A DNA stretch of 64,000 nucleotides from positions 34,675 to 98,674 of the forward strand of contig CAYIOP010000001.1 of the NCBI GenBank assembly GCA_964365185.1, in the 5' to 3' direction. Source of the DNA: an uncultured Candidatus Saccharibacteria bacterium (GTDB lineage: Bacteria; Patescibacteriota; Minisyncoccia; UBA6257; 2-01-FULL-56-20). This document shows positions 56,479 to 64,000 of the stretch, one piece after another. Position 1 is the first letter of the stretch. Each line of letters begins with the position of its first letter. The notes beneath the pieces were generated by a model that searched no databases, was not told the origin of the DNA, and was given only the letters and a program-made list of their open reading frames with translations. Both the position numbers and the translations under genes were made by a program.

Positions 56479-56979
56479 TTATTTATTTATTGCTTTGGAA
56501 ATTTTTACTCGAGCGGGCCTTAAAATCTTATCGTGGAGTTTATAGCCGGTTTCAATAATCTCTAAAATTATTCCCGGCTGTTTCTCTGATTCCCCTTCGC
56601 TGATGGCTTCAGCTACGCTCGGATTAAATTCTTCTCCGATTTTAATATCTAATTTTTCAAGACCTCTTTTTTTTAAGATATCCAGGATTTGTGACCGAAT
56701 GATATAAATTCCTTTTTCAACTGGCCCGGATTTTTCTAGAGCGGATAAGCCGAGATCGAAGTTATCTAAAATTGTGATTAATTCTCGGACTAGATTCTCA
56801 TTGCCATACTTGGCGATTTCTTCAAATCGCATCAGTTCCTCTTTTCGATAATTTAAGAAATCGGCTTTAGCTCTTTGCCAGCCGGCGAGATACTCGTCGC
56901 GCTGCTTTTTAATTTCTTCGGCACCTTCCTTCGGCGTATCTTTGGCTAAATTATTCTCGCTATTTTGATCTTCAGACAT
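56479..56979 (-). CDS. grpE: Nucleotide exchange factor GrpE
   Basis: QRAKADFLNYRK, GYKLHDKILRPARV. Confidence 0.95.
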   Translation of the reverse strand: MSEDQNSENNLAKDTPKEGAEEIKKQRDEYLAGWQRAKADFLNYRKEELMRFEEIAKYGNENLVRELITILDNFDLGLSALEKSGPVEKGIYIIRSQILDILKKRGLEKLDIKIGEEFNPSVAEAISEGESEKQPGIILEIIETGYKLHDKILRPARVKISKAINK

Positions 56980-57664
56980 TGATTTCTTTTATGCCTCTTA
57001 TGATTTTTACGACTTTTTTGTAATTCATTCTTTTTGGCCCAATCGCCAAAAGAAGTATTTCTTCATCTTGATTCCGAAACCAATTCGCCACAATCGACAA
57101 CTCCGGACTATCGGTAATCGGGCTTTTCTTGCCGATGAAAATTTGAAGGGATGATTCTGGTTCGATTTCTTTTTTTAAATAAGTCATTCGCTCATCCAGT
57201 TCTTCAAAGTCCCTAATAATTAATTGGACGATGTTTTGGTTTTCAATACTAATTTGGCTGATTAAATTTTCTAAGCCGGATTTGTAAACTCGATCTTCTT
57301 CTAGGGGTTCCAAAACGCCTAAAATTCCCAAACGATCCGAAAAAAGATGAAGAAATTTTATCCATTCTTTTTTAGCAAAGCAGTTGGCGATTTCATTATC
57401 TAAGGTGACGCCTAATTCCTGATTTAAAATTTGATCAGCAAAAAATTCATAACCTTTGTCGCTTGGAATTCGGCCGGAAGAATAATAGGGTTGGTTTAAA
57501 TAACCAACGTCAGTTAATCTCTCGAGCTCGTGACGAATCATGGCCGGTTTAATGCCGAAACTGTATCTTTTGTAAAGCAGTCCAGAAGAGACCGGCACGC
57601 CGGTTTTGATAAAATTTTCAATGACCGCGTTTAAAATTTCTTCTGATCTTTTTTCGAGAACCAT
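56972..57664 (-). CDS. hrcA: Heat-inducible repressor HrcA (short form)
   Basis: PVSSG, AMIRHEL, QPYYSSGRIPSDKGY, IGPKRMNY; first gene of hrcA-grpE-dnaK. Confidence 0.9.
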   Translation of the reverse strand: MVLEKRSEEILNAVIENFIKTGVPVSSGLLYKRYSFGIKPAMIRHELERLTDVGYLNQPYYSSGRIPSDKGYEFFADQILNQELGVTLDNEIANCFAKKEWIKFLHLFSDRLGILGVLEPLEEDRVYKSGLENLISQISIENQNIVQLIIRDFEELDERMTYLKKEIEPESSLQIFIGKKSPITDSPELSIVANWFRNQDEEILLLAIGPKRMNYKKVVKIIRGIKEINV

Positions 57665-57671
57665 AAGATTT

Positions 57672-57710
57672 ATTTTAGGTATATTAGCAGAGTTGTCAAG
57701 AGATTGCTAA
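57672..57710 (-). promoter_or_regulatory. CIRCE-like operator overlapping a sigma70 promoter
   Basis: TTAGCAATC-N9-CTCTGCTAA (57710-57684) with TTGACA in the spacer and TAAAAT 7 nt before the hrcA ATG. Confidence 0.85.
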
Positions 57711-57713
57711 TAC

Positions 57714-57750
57714 AGTATCAAGTATCAGGTATCAGGTATCAGGTATTAAG
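57714..57750. repeat. Heptamer tandem repeat
   Basis: GTATCAA GTATCAG GTATCAG GTATCAG GTATTAA G. Confidence 0.85.
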
Positions 57751-57824
57751 TTGCATATTAAGGGTGAGGGCTAAAAAAAGCCGTGATACCTGGCGGGTAA
57801 AGCGGCTTATGTTTTGTTTTTTGT

Positions 57825-58130
57825 TCATGCGGAACAGCTAGGGGCTCGTTTATTTTTTCGGCGAAGCGGTAAAATTAATTCCTCATAGGTCATCCATAAG
57901 AGTGAAATTGATTCAAGAATTCCCCATAAAGCACCCTTGGTGATAGGCCAGATGATCAAAATGAACGGCCAGAATATGCCGGCTGCCACTGTCTTGATTT
58001 TTTTGAATCTGACTTTTTCTTTGTAGGTTCTGATTTTTTTATCTATTATTGCGTACATCAAGCGGGCTGCTCCAAGACCGATTAGTAGATAAAGAAAAGA
58101 AAAAACGAGAATCCAAATAAGGATGGACAT
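57825..58130 (-). CDS. Orphan membrane protein
   Basis: AAAGGAG site, TTGACA-17-TAAAAT promoter, terminator at about 57773-57808. Confidence 0.75.
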   Translation of the reverse strand: MSILIWILVFSFLYLLIGLGAARLMYAIIDKKIRTYKEKVRFKKIKTVAAGIFWPFILIIWPITKGALWGILESISLLWMTYEELILPLRRKNKRAPSCSA

Positions 58131-58214
58131 AAAATCTCCTTTCTAGTTGTTCGAGTTACTAATTTTATTTTACTTTTTATTGTTTAAATTGTCAAATGAC
58201 TTTATACTTCATGA

Positions 58215-59666
58215 ATGGAGATTCGCTTATATAACACGCTTTCCGGCAGGGTTGAGAAATTAGGCGTTGCTGGAAAAAAACCGATTAAATTCTTTGTTTG
58301 TGGACCTACAGTTTATGACTATCCTCATATTGGCAACGCTAGAACCTTTGTGTTTTTTGACTCGCTGGTTAAATTTTTGCGCTCAACCGGACTTAAAGTT
58401 TTCTATTTGCAGAATATTACGGACGTGGATGACAAGATTATTGACCGCGCGGTTTCGGAACGAAAAGAAGCATTAGAAGTGGCGAATAATTTTTTAAAAA
58501 TTTATTTGAGGGATATGCGAGATTTAGGGGTGACGGCGGTTACTAAGTACGCTCGCGCCACTTACCACATCTTGCAAATTATTGAACAGATTAAGGTCTT
58601 ATTTAAGAATAAAAATGCCTATGAAATTGAAGGTGATGGCATTTATTTTGATGTGGCGACTTTTAAAGAATATGGGAAGTTATCGCGGCGAACTACCTAT
58701 CAAGCTGAAGACGGAGTCAGCCGAATTGATGAAAATGTTAAAAAAAGAAACAAGGCGGACTTTGCCTTGTGGAAATTCGTTGACACTTTAAATATGCCTG
58801 TGTCTAAGTCGTACGGAGTTGCGCTTAATTTTAGCAAAGTAATTAAGCAGGAACCGGCGTGGTCCTCGCCGTGGGGGTGGGGCCGGCCGGGCTGGCACAT
58901 AGAAGACACGGCTATCACCGAGAAATATTTTGGGTCACAATACGATATTCACGGGGGAGCCGTTGATTTAAAATTTCCGCACCATGAGGCCGAGATTGCC
59001 CAACAGGAATCAGTTTCAAAAAAAAGGCCTTTTGTGAAAATTTGGATTCACAGTGGTTTTCTAACTATCGGTGGCAAAAAAATGTCCAAGAGTTTAGGAA
59101 ATTTTATTACCGTTCGCGACATACTAAAACATGTTCAGCCGGAAGTTTTTCGATTATTGGTTTTAACTCATTCCTATCGTTCCCCTCTTGATTATAGCCA
59201 GAGTTTAGTTAGAGAAAATCAGGTTCGGTGGTTTGGAATTCTGGAGTTTTTGGCAAAACTTAAATTAATTTCGGGGAGCAAAAATAAAGGAATTTTGAAT
59301 TTTGTCTCCCAGCTTCGAAAATTTGAGGAAGGATTTGCCGAAAATCTGGCTGATGATTTTAATACTCCCAAAGCCCTAGCGGCTCTCTCGAGTTTTAGGA
59401 GCGAACTAAATCCAAAGATTTGGAATTTGAGTTCAGTAGAAACCAAAAGGATATTTTTAGTTTTGAAGCGCTCACTAGGTAATTTAGGCTTCAAACTCGA
59501 TTTTCCTAAGATTCCCGTTAAAATCAAAAAAATGGCTTCAAAACGTTCAGAATTAAGAAGAAATCAACAATTTATGCAGTCCGACACCTTGAGAAAAAAA
59601 ATCAATGGGCTAGGATTCTCTATAGAAGACATTCCGAAGGGCATATTTATTTGGCCAAAAATCTAA
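58215..59666 (+). CDS. cysS: Cysteine--tRNA ligase
   Basis: VCGPTVYD, HIGN, GRPGWHIE, KMSKSLGN. Confidence 0.97.
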   Translation: MEIRLYNTLSGRVEKLGVAGKKPIKFFVCGPTVYDYPHIGNARTFVFFDSLVKFLRSTGLKVFYLQNITDVDDKIIDRAVSERKEALEVANNFLKIYLRDMRDLGVTAVTKYARATYHILQIIEQIKVLFKNKNAYEIEGDGIYFDVATFKEYGKLSRRTTYQAEDGVSRIDENVKKRNKADFALWKFVDTLNMPVSKSYGVALNFSKVIKQEPAWSSPWGWGRPGWHIEDTAITEKYFGSQYDIHGGAVDLKFPHHEAEIAQQESVSKKRPFVKIWIHSGFLTIGGKKMSKSLGNFITVRDILKHVQPEVFRLLVLTHSYRSPLDYSQSLVRENQVRWFGILEFLAKLKLISGSKNKGILNFVSQLRKFEEGFAENLADDFNTPKALAALSSFRSELNPKIWNLSSVETKRIFLVLKRSLGNLGFKLDFPKIPVKIKKMASKRSELRRNQQFMQSDTLRKKINGLGFSIEDIPKGIFIWPKI

Positions 59667-59744
59667 GGGGGAAAGGTAAAGTGTAAATATCAAAATGCAA
59701 AATTTAGGTGTCCCTAAGCGGGATGATAGAAATTTTAAAATAAC

Positions 59745-61115
59745 ATGGTGAAAAAACAATTACTTAAACTTCCGCCCCATAACCTTGAAGCCGAGCAATC
59801 GGTTTTAGGTTCAATTTTAATTGATAAAGACGCTATCACTAAAATAGCGGATACTTTAGTGGCTGAAGATTTTTATCAACCCAGTCACGAAAAAATTTAT
59901 GAGGCGATGATTGAGTTATTTGAGCGGCGACAACCACTGGATGTTTTAAGCGTTAGTAATCGGCTTAAAGAACGCGGAATTTTAAAAGAGATTGGAAGTT
60001 CTAGTTACTTGGCAGAATTAACTAACCAAGTTCCAACCGCTTCCCATATCGCGGCTTACGCGAAAATTGTTAAGGAAAAAAAGATTTTGCGAGATTTAAT
60101 TCGCGCCTCAGCCGAAATAACCGAGGATATTTTTAGAGACCCAGGCGAAGTGGAAGATCTATTGGATAATGTTGAACAGAAAATATTGGCTATATCCCAA
60201 CGTTCCGTTTCACAAAATTTAATTCATATCCGTGATGAATTAAAAAATGCTTACGACAGGATCGAGCGCCTTCATCGAGGTGAGAGTCCGTTTAGAGGGG
60301 TGCCAACTGGGTTTGACGGCTTAGACGGCTTACTTTCCGGTCTTCAAAAATCCGATTTAATTGTTCTTGGTGCTCGGCCGTCACTTGGGAAAACATCTTT
60401 GGCGCTTGATATCGCGCGCAATGTTGGACTTCATTCCAAGTTGCCGGTCGGCTTTTTTTCACTTGAAATGTCTCGAGAGCAAATTGTGGATAGATTAATT
60501 TCATCGGAATCACAGGTGCCTCTTTGGCGACTGCGAACCGGCAAAATCCATAATGATGCTGAATTTGAGATGATTCAATATGCCCTGGATCGACTGGCGG
60601 TGGCGCCAATTTTTATTGATGACACGCCGTCGCCAAATATTATGCAGATTAGATCTATGGCGCGCCGTCTTCAAATTGAGCACGGTCTAGAACTTTTAGT
60701 GGTTGATTATCTTCAATTAATTCAGCCGCGATCAGGTTTAGAAAATATGGTTCAGCAAGTGACCGAGATATCGCGTGGGCTTAAGGCGCTGGCCCGTGAA
60801 TTAAAGGTGCCGGTACTAGCCCTTTCTCAACTTTCAAGAGCAGTGGACCAAAGAGATAATAAACAGCCGCGCTTATCAGATTTACGCGATTCGGGTAGTA
60901 TTGAACAAGATAGCGATGTGGTTTTATTCATCCATCGAAAAGAATCGAATCGATTGGACGCTCCCTTGGAAGACCAAAATGTTACCCAAGTTATTATATC
61001 TAAACATCGTAATGGGCCTCTGGGAAGCGTGGAGCTCAAATTCGATACCGAGCGAGCAAGTTTTAAAAATATCGAGCGAAAATTTGAGGAGTCACAAGTG
61101 GGAGCCGGACTATGA
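59745..61115 (+). CDS. dnaB: Replicative DNA helicase
   Basis: PPHNLEAEQSVLG, ARPSLGKT, VDYLQL, LSQLSR, DLRDSGSIEQD. Confidence 0.98.
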   Translation: MVKKQLLKLPPHNLEAEQSVLGSILIDKDAITKIADTLVAEDFYQPSHEKIYEAMIELFERRQPLDVLSVSNRLKERGILKEIGSSSYLAELTNQVPTASHIAAYAKIVKEKKILRDLIRASAEITEDIFRDPGEVEDLLDNVEQKILAISQRSVSQNLIHIRDELKNAYDRIERLHRGESPFRGVPTGFDGLDGLLSGLQKSDLIVLGARPSLGKTSLALDIARNVGLHSKLPVGFFSLEMSREQIVDRLISSESQVPLWRLRTGKIHNDAEFEMIQYALDRLAVAPIFIDDTPSPNIMQIRSMARRLQIEHGLELLVVDYLQLIQPRSGLENMVQQVTEISRGLKALARELKVPVLALSQLSRAVDQRDNKQPRLSDLRDSGSIEQDSDVVLFIHRKESNRLDAPLEDQNVTQVIISKHRNGPLGSVELKFDTERASFKNIERKFEESQVGAGL

Positions 61116-61714
61116 ATTTGCCGCCGCCGATTTATAAAATTATTCAGCAATTAGAAAAATTGCCCTCTATTGGTCCGCGCCAAGCCATGCGACTGGCTTT
61201 TTATTTAATTGCGCAGGGACAAAATGAAATTAAATCCTTCGCTCAAGATTTAAATTCACTTTTGAGCGTTAAGAATTGCGCTCAGTGTTTTTTTGTTCAT
61301 CAGAATCCCGATAATCTTTGCGATATTTGTGGAAACAAATCGCGAAAAAAAGAATTAATCGCGGTTTTAGAAAAGGAGACAGATTTGATTTCTATTGAGA
61401 GAACCAAAAAATTTCATGGCCGGTATTTTATTTTAGGGCCAATTGCCAAAACCGGAATCTTGGAGGAATGGCAAAAACTGCGGCTACAAAATTTAAAGAG
61501 TTTTATTCAAAAAGAATTAAATGGCCAGGCCGAGGAAATTATTTTGGCTTTTAGTCCGACAGCTAACGGCGATTTTAATGTTTCTCTTTTAATTAAGGAA
61601 CTTGCGCCTTTAGCTAAAAAAATAAGCCGGCTGGGAAGAGGACTTCCAACCGGCGGCGAGATTGAATTCGCGGACGACGAAACCTTGGGCGAGGCCTTGA
61701 ATAATCGGGGTTGA
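61112..61714 (+). CDS. recR: Recombination mediator RecR
   Basis: LPSIGPRQAMRLA, C4 zinc finger, RLGRGLPTGGEIEFAD. Confidence 0.95.
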   Translation: MNLPPPIYKIIQQLEKLPSIGPRQAMRLAFYLIAQGQNEIKSFAQDLNSLLSVKNCAQCFFVHQNPDNLCDICGNKSRKKELIAVLEKETDLISIERTKKFHGRYFILGPIAKTGILEEWQKLRLQNLKSFIQKELNGQAEEIILAFSPTANGDFNVSLLIKELAPLAKKISRLGRGLPTGGEIEFADDETLGEALNNRG

Positions 61715-61759
61715 TTTATTATATTTATTTTAGTTCTTAACTAAAGGAAGGAGTAGGAC

Positions 61760-61939
61760 GTGATTAATTGGAACTCTGTCCCCATCCGAAATTTTTTTGA
61801 AATTACTTGGAGGTGCTTTTTAATTCCTCTGGTGATTTTACTAGTAATTGCTTTTTGCGGATTTGTTTTGATTGTGTCAGTGTTAGGTGAAATCGAATCT
61901 TGGTCGGAAAAAAGACTAAAGAAATTTCGAAGTAGCTAG
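61760..61939 (+). CDS. 59-aa single-TM small protein (not in ORF track)
   Basis: AAGGAG site, GTG start; MINWNSVPIRNFFEITWRCFLIPLVILLVIAFCGFVLIVSVLGEIESWSEKRLKKFRSS*. Confidence 0.6.
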   Translation: MINWNSVPIRNFFEITWRCFLIPLVILLVIAFCGFVLIVSVLGEIESWSEKRLKKFRSS

Positions 61940-61960
61940 GCGTCTTATTAGACGCCTTTT
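61938..61960 (+). terminator. Hairpin terminator
   Basis: AGGCGTCT-TATT-AGACGCCT followed by TTT. Confidence 0.7.
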
Positions 61961-61968
61961 CTCTATCA

Positions 61969-62964
61969 CTAACCATGTCTAATAACTAGCACATCACCAT
62001 CTACTACAATATATTCTTTGCCTTCAAGGCGAATCCATCCTTTCTGCTTAGCTTTATTCCAATCATTGGCTTCAAGCAGTTTTTGCCAGTTAATAACTTC
62101 CGCGCGAATAAATTTGTTTTCAAAATCCGTGTGGATGACGCCAGCGGCCTCGGGCGCTTTAGCCCCTTTTTTGATGGTCCAGGCGCGGGTTTCATCTTCA
62201 CCGGTAGTTAAGAAGCTGATTAAATCTAAAATTTGATAAGATTTTTTAATCAGTTCGCCTGCATCGATATTGCCCGACAAATCACCGACTACATAATCCC
62301 CTGCCAGATTTTTGATTTTGGCGAGAATTTCATCTTTTAAATCTTCTTTTGTGCCATTCAAAAAATAGATTTGTTTTTTTGAAGTTAGAAGCTGGAGTTC
62401 TTTGATTATTTCTTCGCCGGAAAATTGATGGATTAAATTACCTTTTTCAAGTTCGGTTTTTACTGATTTTAGAATTTCCAGGTTTTTTAACGCGGATTTC
62501 TCGCCTCTTTTAACTTTGGACTCAAGTGAGTTGAGGCGTTTATTTACAGTGTCTAAATCCTTAAGCGCCAGTTCGGTATTGATGATTTCCAAATCCCGAA
62601 TGGGATTTACAGTTTGCTCGACGTGAATGATTTCGGGATTTTGAAAAGTTCGCAGGACGATCACAATCGCTTGGGTCTCTCGGATGTGGGCCAGAAATTG
62701 ATTACCTAGGCCTTCGCCGGTGTTCGCGCCTTTAACCAGTCCGGCAATGTCGTAGAATTCAATTACCGCGGGAATGATTTTTTTTGAGTGGCTCAAGGCG
62801 GCTAGTTTCTCAAGCCGCTCATCGGGAACCGGAACAATGCCGACGTTGGGGTCAATGGTGGCAAAGGGATAATTGGCAATATGCACCTCATTTTTAGTGA
62901 GGGCTTTAAAAAGAGTGGATTTACCGACATTGGGTAGGCCCACGATGCCAATGGAGAGTTTCAT
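61969..62964 (-). CDS. ychF: Ribosome-binding ATPase YchF
   Basis: GIVGLPNVGKST, NYPFATIDPN, DIAGLVKGA, GLGNQFL, TGS domain. Confidence 0.96.
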   Translation of the reverse strand: MKLSIGIVGLPNVGKSTLFKALTKNEVHIANYPFATIDPNVGIVPVPDERLEKLAALSHSKKIIPAVIEFYDIAGLVKGANTGEGLGNQFLAHIRETQAIVIVLRTFQNPEIIHVEQTVNPIRDLEIINTELALKDLDTVNKRLNSLESKVKRGEKSALKNLEILKSVKTELEKGNLIHQFSGEEIIKELQLLTSKKQIYFLNGTKEDLKDEILAKIKNLAGDYVVGDLSGNIDAGELIKKSYQILDLISFLTTGEDETRAWTIKKGAKAPEAAGVIHTDFENKFIRAEVINWQKLLEANDWNKAKQKGWIRLEGKEYIVVDGDVLVIRHG

Positions 62965-63116
62965 GTTTAAAATGTTTCCGCCGGAGGCGGATCTTTCTCC
63001 GGAGGACGAGATGATCGAATATTTAATTCGTCGTGCGAAAGATTTTAACTTTAATTCTAGCTTTAGTAAAGAAAAACTGGAGTTTTACATCCGGTTTGAT
63101 TAAACTTAAAAAAATA

Positions 63117-63144
63117 ACCCCTCTTTGCAATTGCAAAGAGGGGT
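63117..63144 (-). terminator. Perfect hairpin terminator
   Basis: ACCCCTCTTTGCAATTGCAAAGAGGGGT with a T-run on the minus strand. Confidence 0.8.
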
Positions 63145-63163
63145 CGAATGTTCAAGAGGTGAC

Positions 63164-63691
63164 TTATTTGTAAGAAAATACCCATCCACCAGCCTTCCAT
63201 TCGTGCTCGTTTAATCGGAAGGCATTGATTACCCAGTTACTGTAACCCCAGTGGATTATCACCACTCGGAGTACACCTTCGCGGTCACGAACATAAAAAA
63301 TGTTCGCCTGACCTTCAGCTTGTAGTGTGCCCCACTCGTATTCTTGTCGACACAGGAGCCGCCATATGTCGGCTAACTTTACCTCTGCTTTTTCTTCCCC
63401 CCCGAGATTATCTATTATCTCTTGATCACTGACCTTCTCGTAGGTGATCATTAGTGGAGTAATTATTCTCCATGCATCTTCTTCTTTCTTGCTTCCGAAC
63501 CAGTCATCGAATTGGAGATTAATTCCCTCGGATGAAAAGTCCGGCGAAAAGAAGGTAGAATCAGAATAAAAAATCACCGAACCGAGAATTTTGGAATGTT
63601 TACCGGTGGTGTCTGTCGCTATTGCCCGATTCGCCACCGAAACCTGGAAATGTGCCAATACGAACAACGTCAATATAAATCGTGCAGTCAT
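63164..63691 (-). CDS. Exported hypothetical protein with aromatic-rich C-terminal domain
   Basis: Signal peptide, AGGAAGGAG site, own TTGACA...TATAAT promoter and terminator. Confidence 0.8.
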   Translation of the reverse strand: MTARFILTLFVLAHFQVSVANRAIATDTTGKHSKILGSVIFYSDSTFFSPDFSSEGINLQFDDWFGSKKEEDAWRIITPLMITYEKVSDQEIIDNLGGEEKAEVKLADIWRLLCRQEYEWGTLQAEGQANIFYVRDREGVLRVVIIHWGYSNWVINAFRLNEHEWKAGGWVFSYK

Positions 63692-63804
63692 GATTGTTCT
63701 CCTTCCTGACTGTGTTTTGAATGTTCTGTTTGGAATTATACAGCATACTGGTCTATTTTGTCAATAGTTTACTCCCCGCCCTATTTTCTTTGCTATGTAT
63801 ACAA

Positions 63805-63999
63805 TCAGCGTTCGTAAATGCCGATGAGTTCGGTTTGTTCAATAATATGGCCCGACATAGCGGATTCTAATTTGGCTTTGTTGGAGCCAGCTTCTAGATT
63901 TAATAGAGTGTCCAGGGCATAGAGTTTGAAGAAATAACGATGCGGTTTTTTGTCCGGTGGGCAGGGGCCGATGTATCCTTCGCGGCTGGTGTCATTTTC
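63805..63999 (-). CDS. YbhB/YbcL (PEBP) family protein, 3' part (truncated by window edge)
   Basis: GYIGPCPPDKKPHRYFFKLYALD...GHIIEQTELIGIYER*. Confidence 0.9.
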   Translation of the reverse strand, partial: ENDTSREGYIGPCPPDKKPHRYFFKLYALDTLLNLEAGSNKAKLESAMSGHIIEQTELIGIYER

Positions 64000-64000
64000 A

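Noticed and set aside
62977-62992. Short hairpin TCCGCCGGAGGCGGA upstream of ychF as a riboswitch
   Set aside because: Too short and no aptamer features; more likely a REP-like palindrome
153-63103. Numerous short ORFs overlapping or antisense to long genes (e.g. 1111..1440, 31152..31454, 54522..54743, 60827..61150)
   Set aside because: Shadow ORFs of well-supported genes with no motifs or start signals
3-64000. Alternative genetic code (TGA read-through)
   Set aside because: Core genes are full length under code 11 and several end at TGA at the expected position

Overview
AT-rich bacterial chromosome window that looks like Patescibacteria (CPR, Parcubacteria-like). This is inferred from a split comEC, two TraD/VirB4-like ATPases, a DUF5674-like gene, a PaaX/Cas2-like gene and expanded Cys-rich proteins. 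Core genes: trmD, comEC (two parts), ftsW, murG, gltX, an M23 peptidase, murC, rpmA, rplI, an S41 protease, def, fmt, secD, secF, tRNA-Lys(UUU), hrcA-grpE-dnaK-dnaJ with a CIRCE operator, cysS, dnaB, recR and ychF. Accessory content: six paralogues of a ~560-600 aa Cys-rich protein (four in tandem behind an ATPase operon) and a 38-52 kb glycan locus (GT4, GH130-like, six-hairpin glycosidase). The most unusual signals are non-coding or structural: (1) a wHTH/Cas2-like gene bracketed by two copies of a 34-bp palindrome; (2) three cases of a gene's 3' end duplicated behind inserted DNA; (3) two ~150-bp fold-back elements sharing a TCCAGCG loop, one translated in-frame inside an enzyme; (4) heptamer-periodic tracts at gene borders and inside core proteins; (5) apparently leaderless core genes versus self-contained, Shine-Dalgarno-led orphan cassettes. 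All calls come from reading the sequence; no searches were run.
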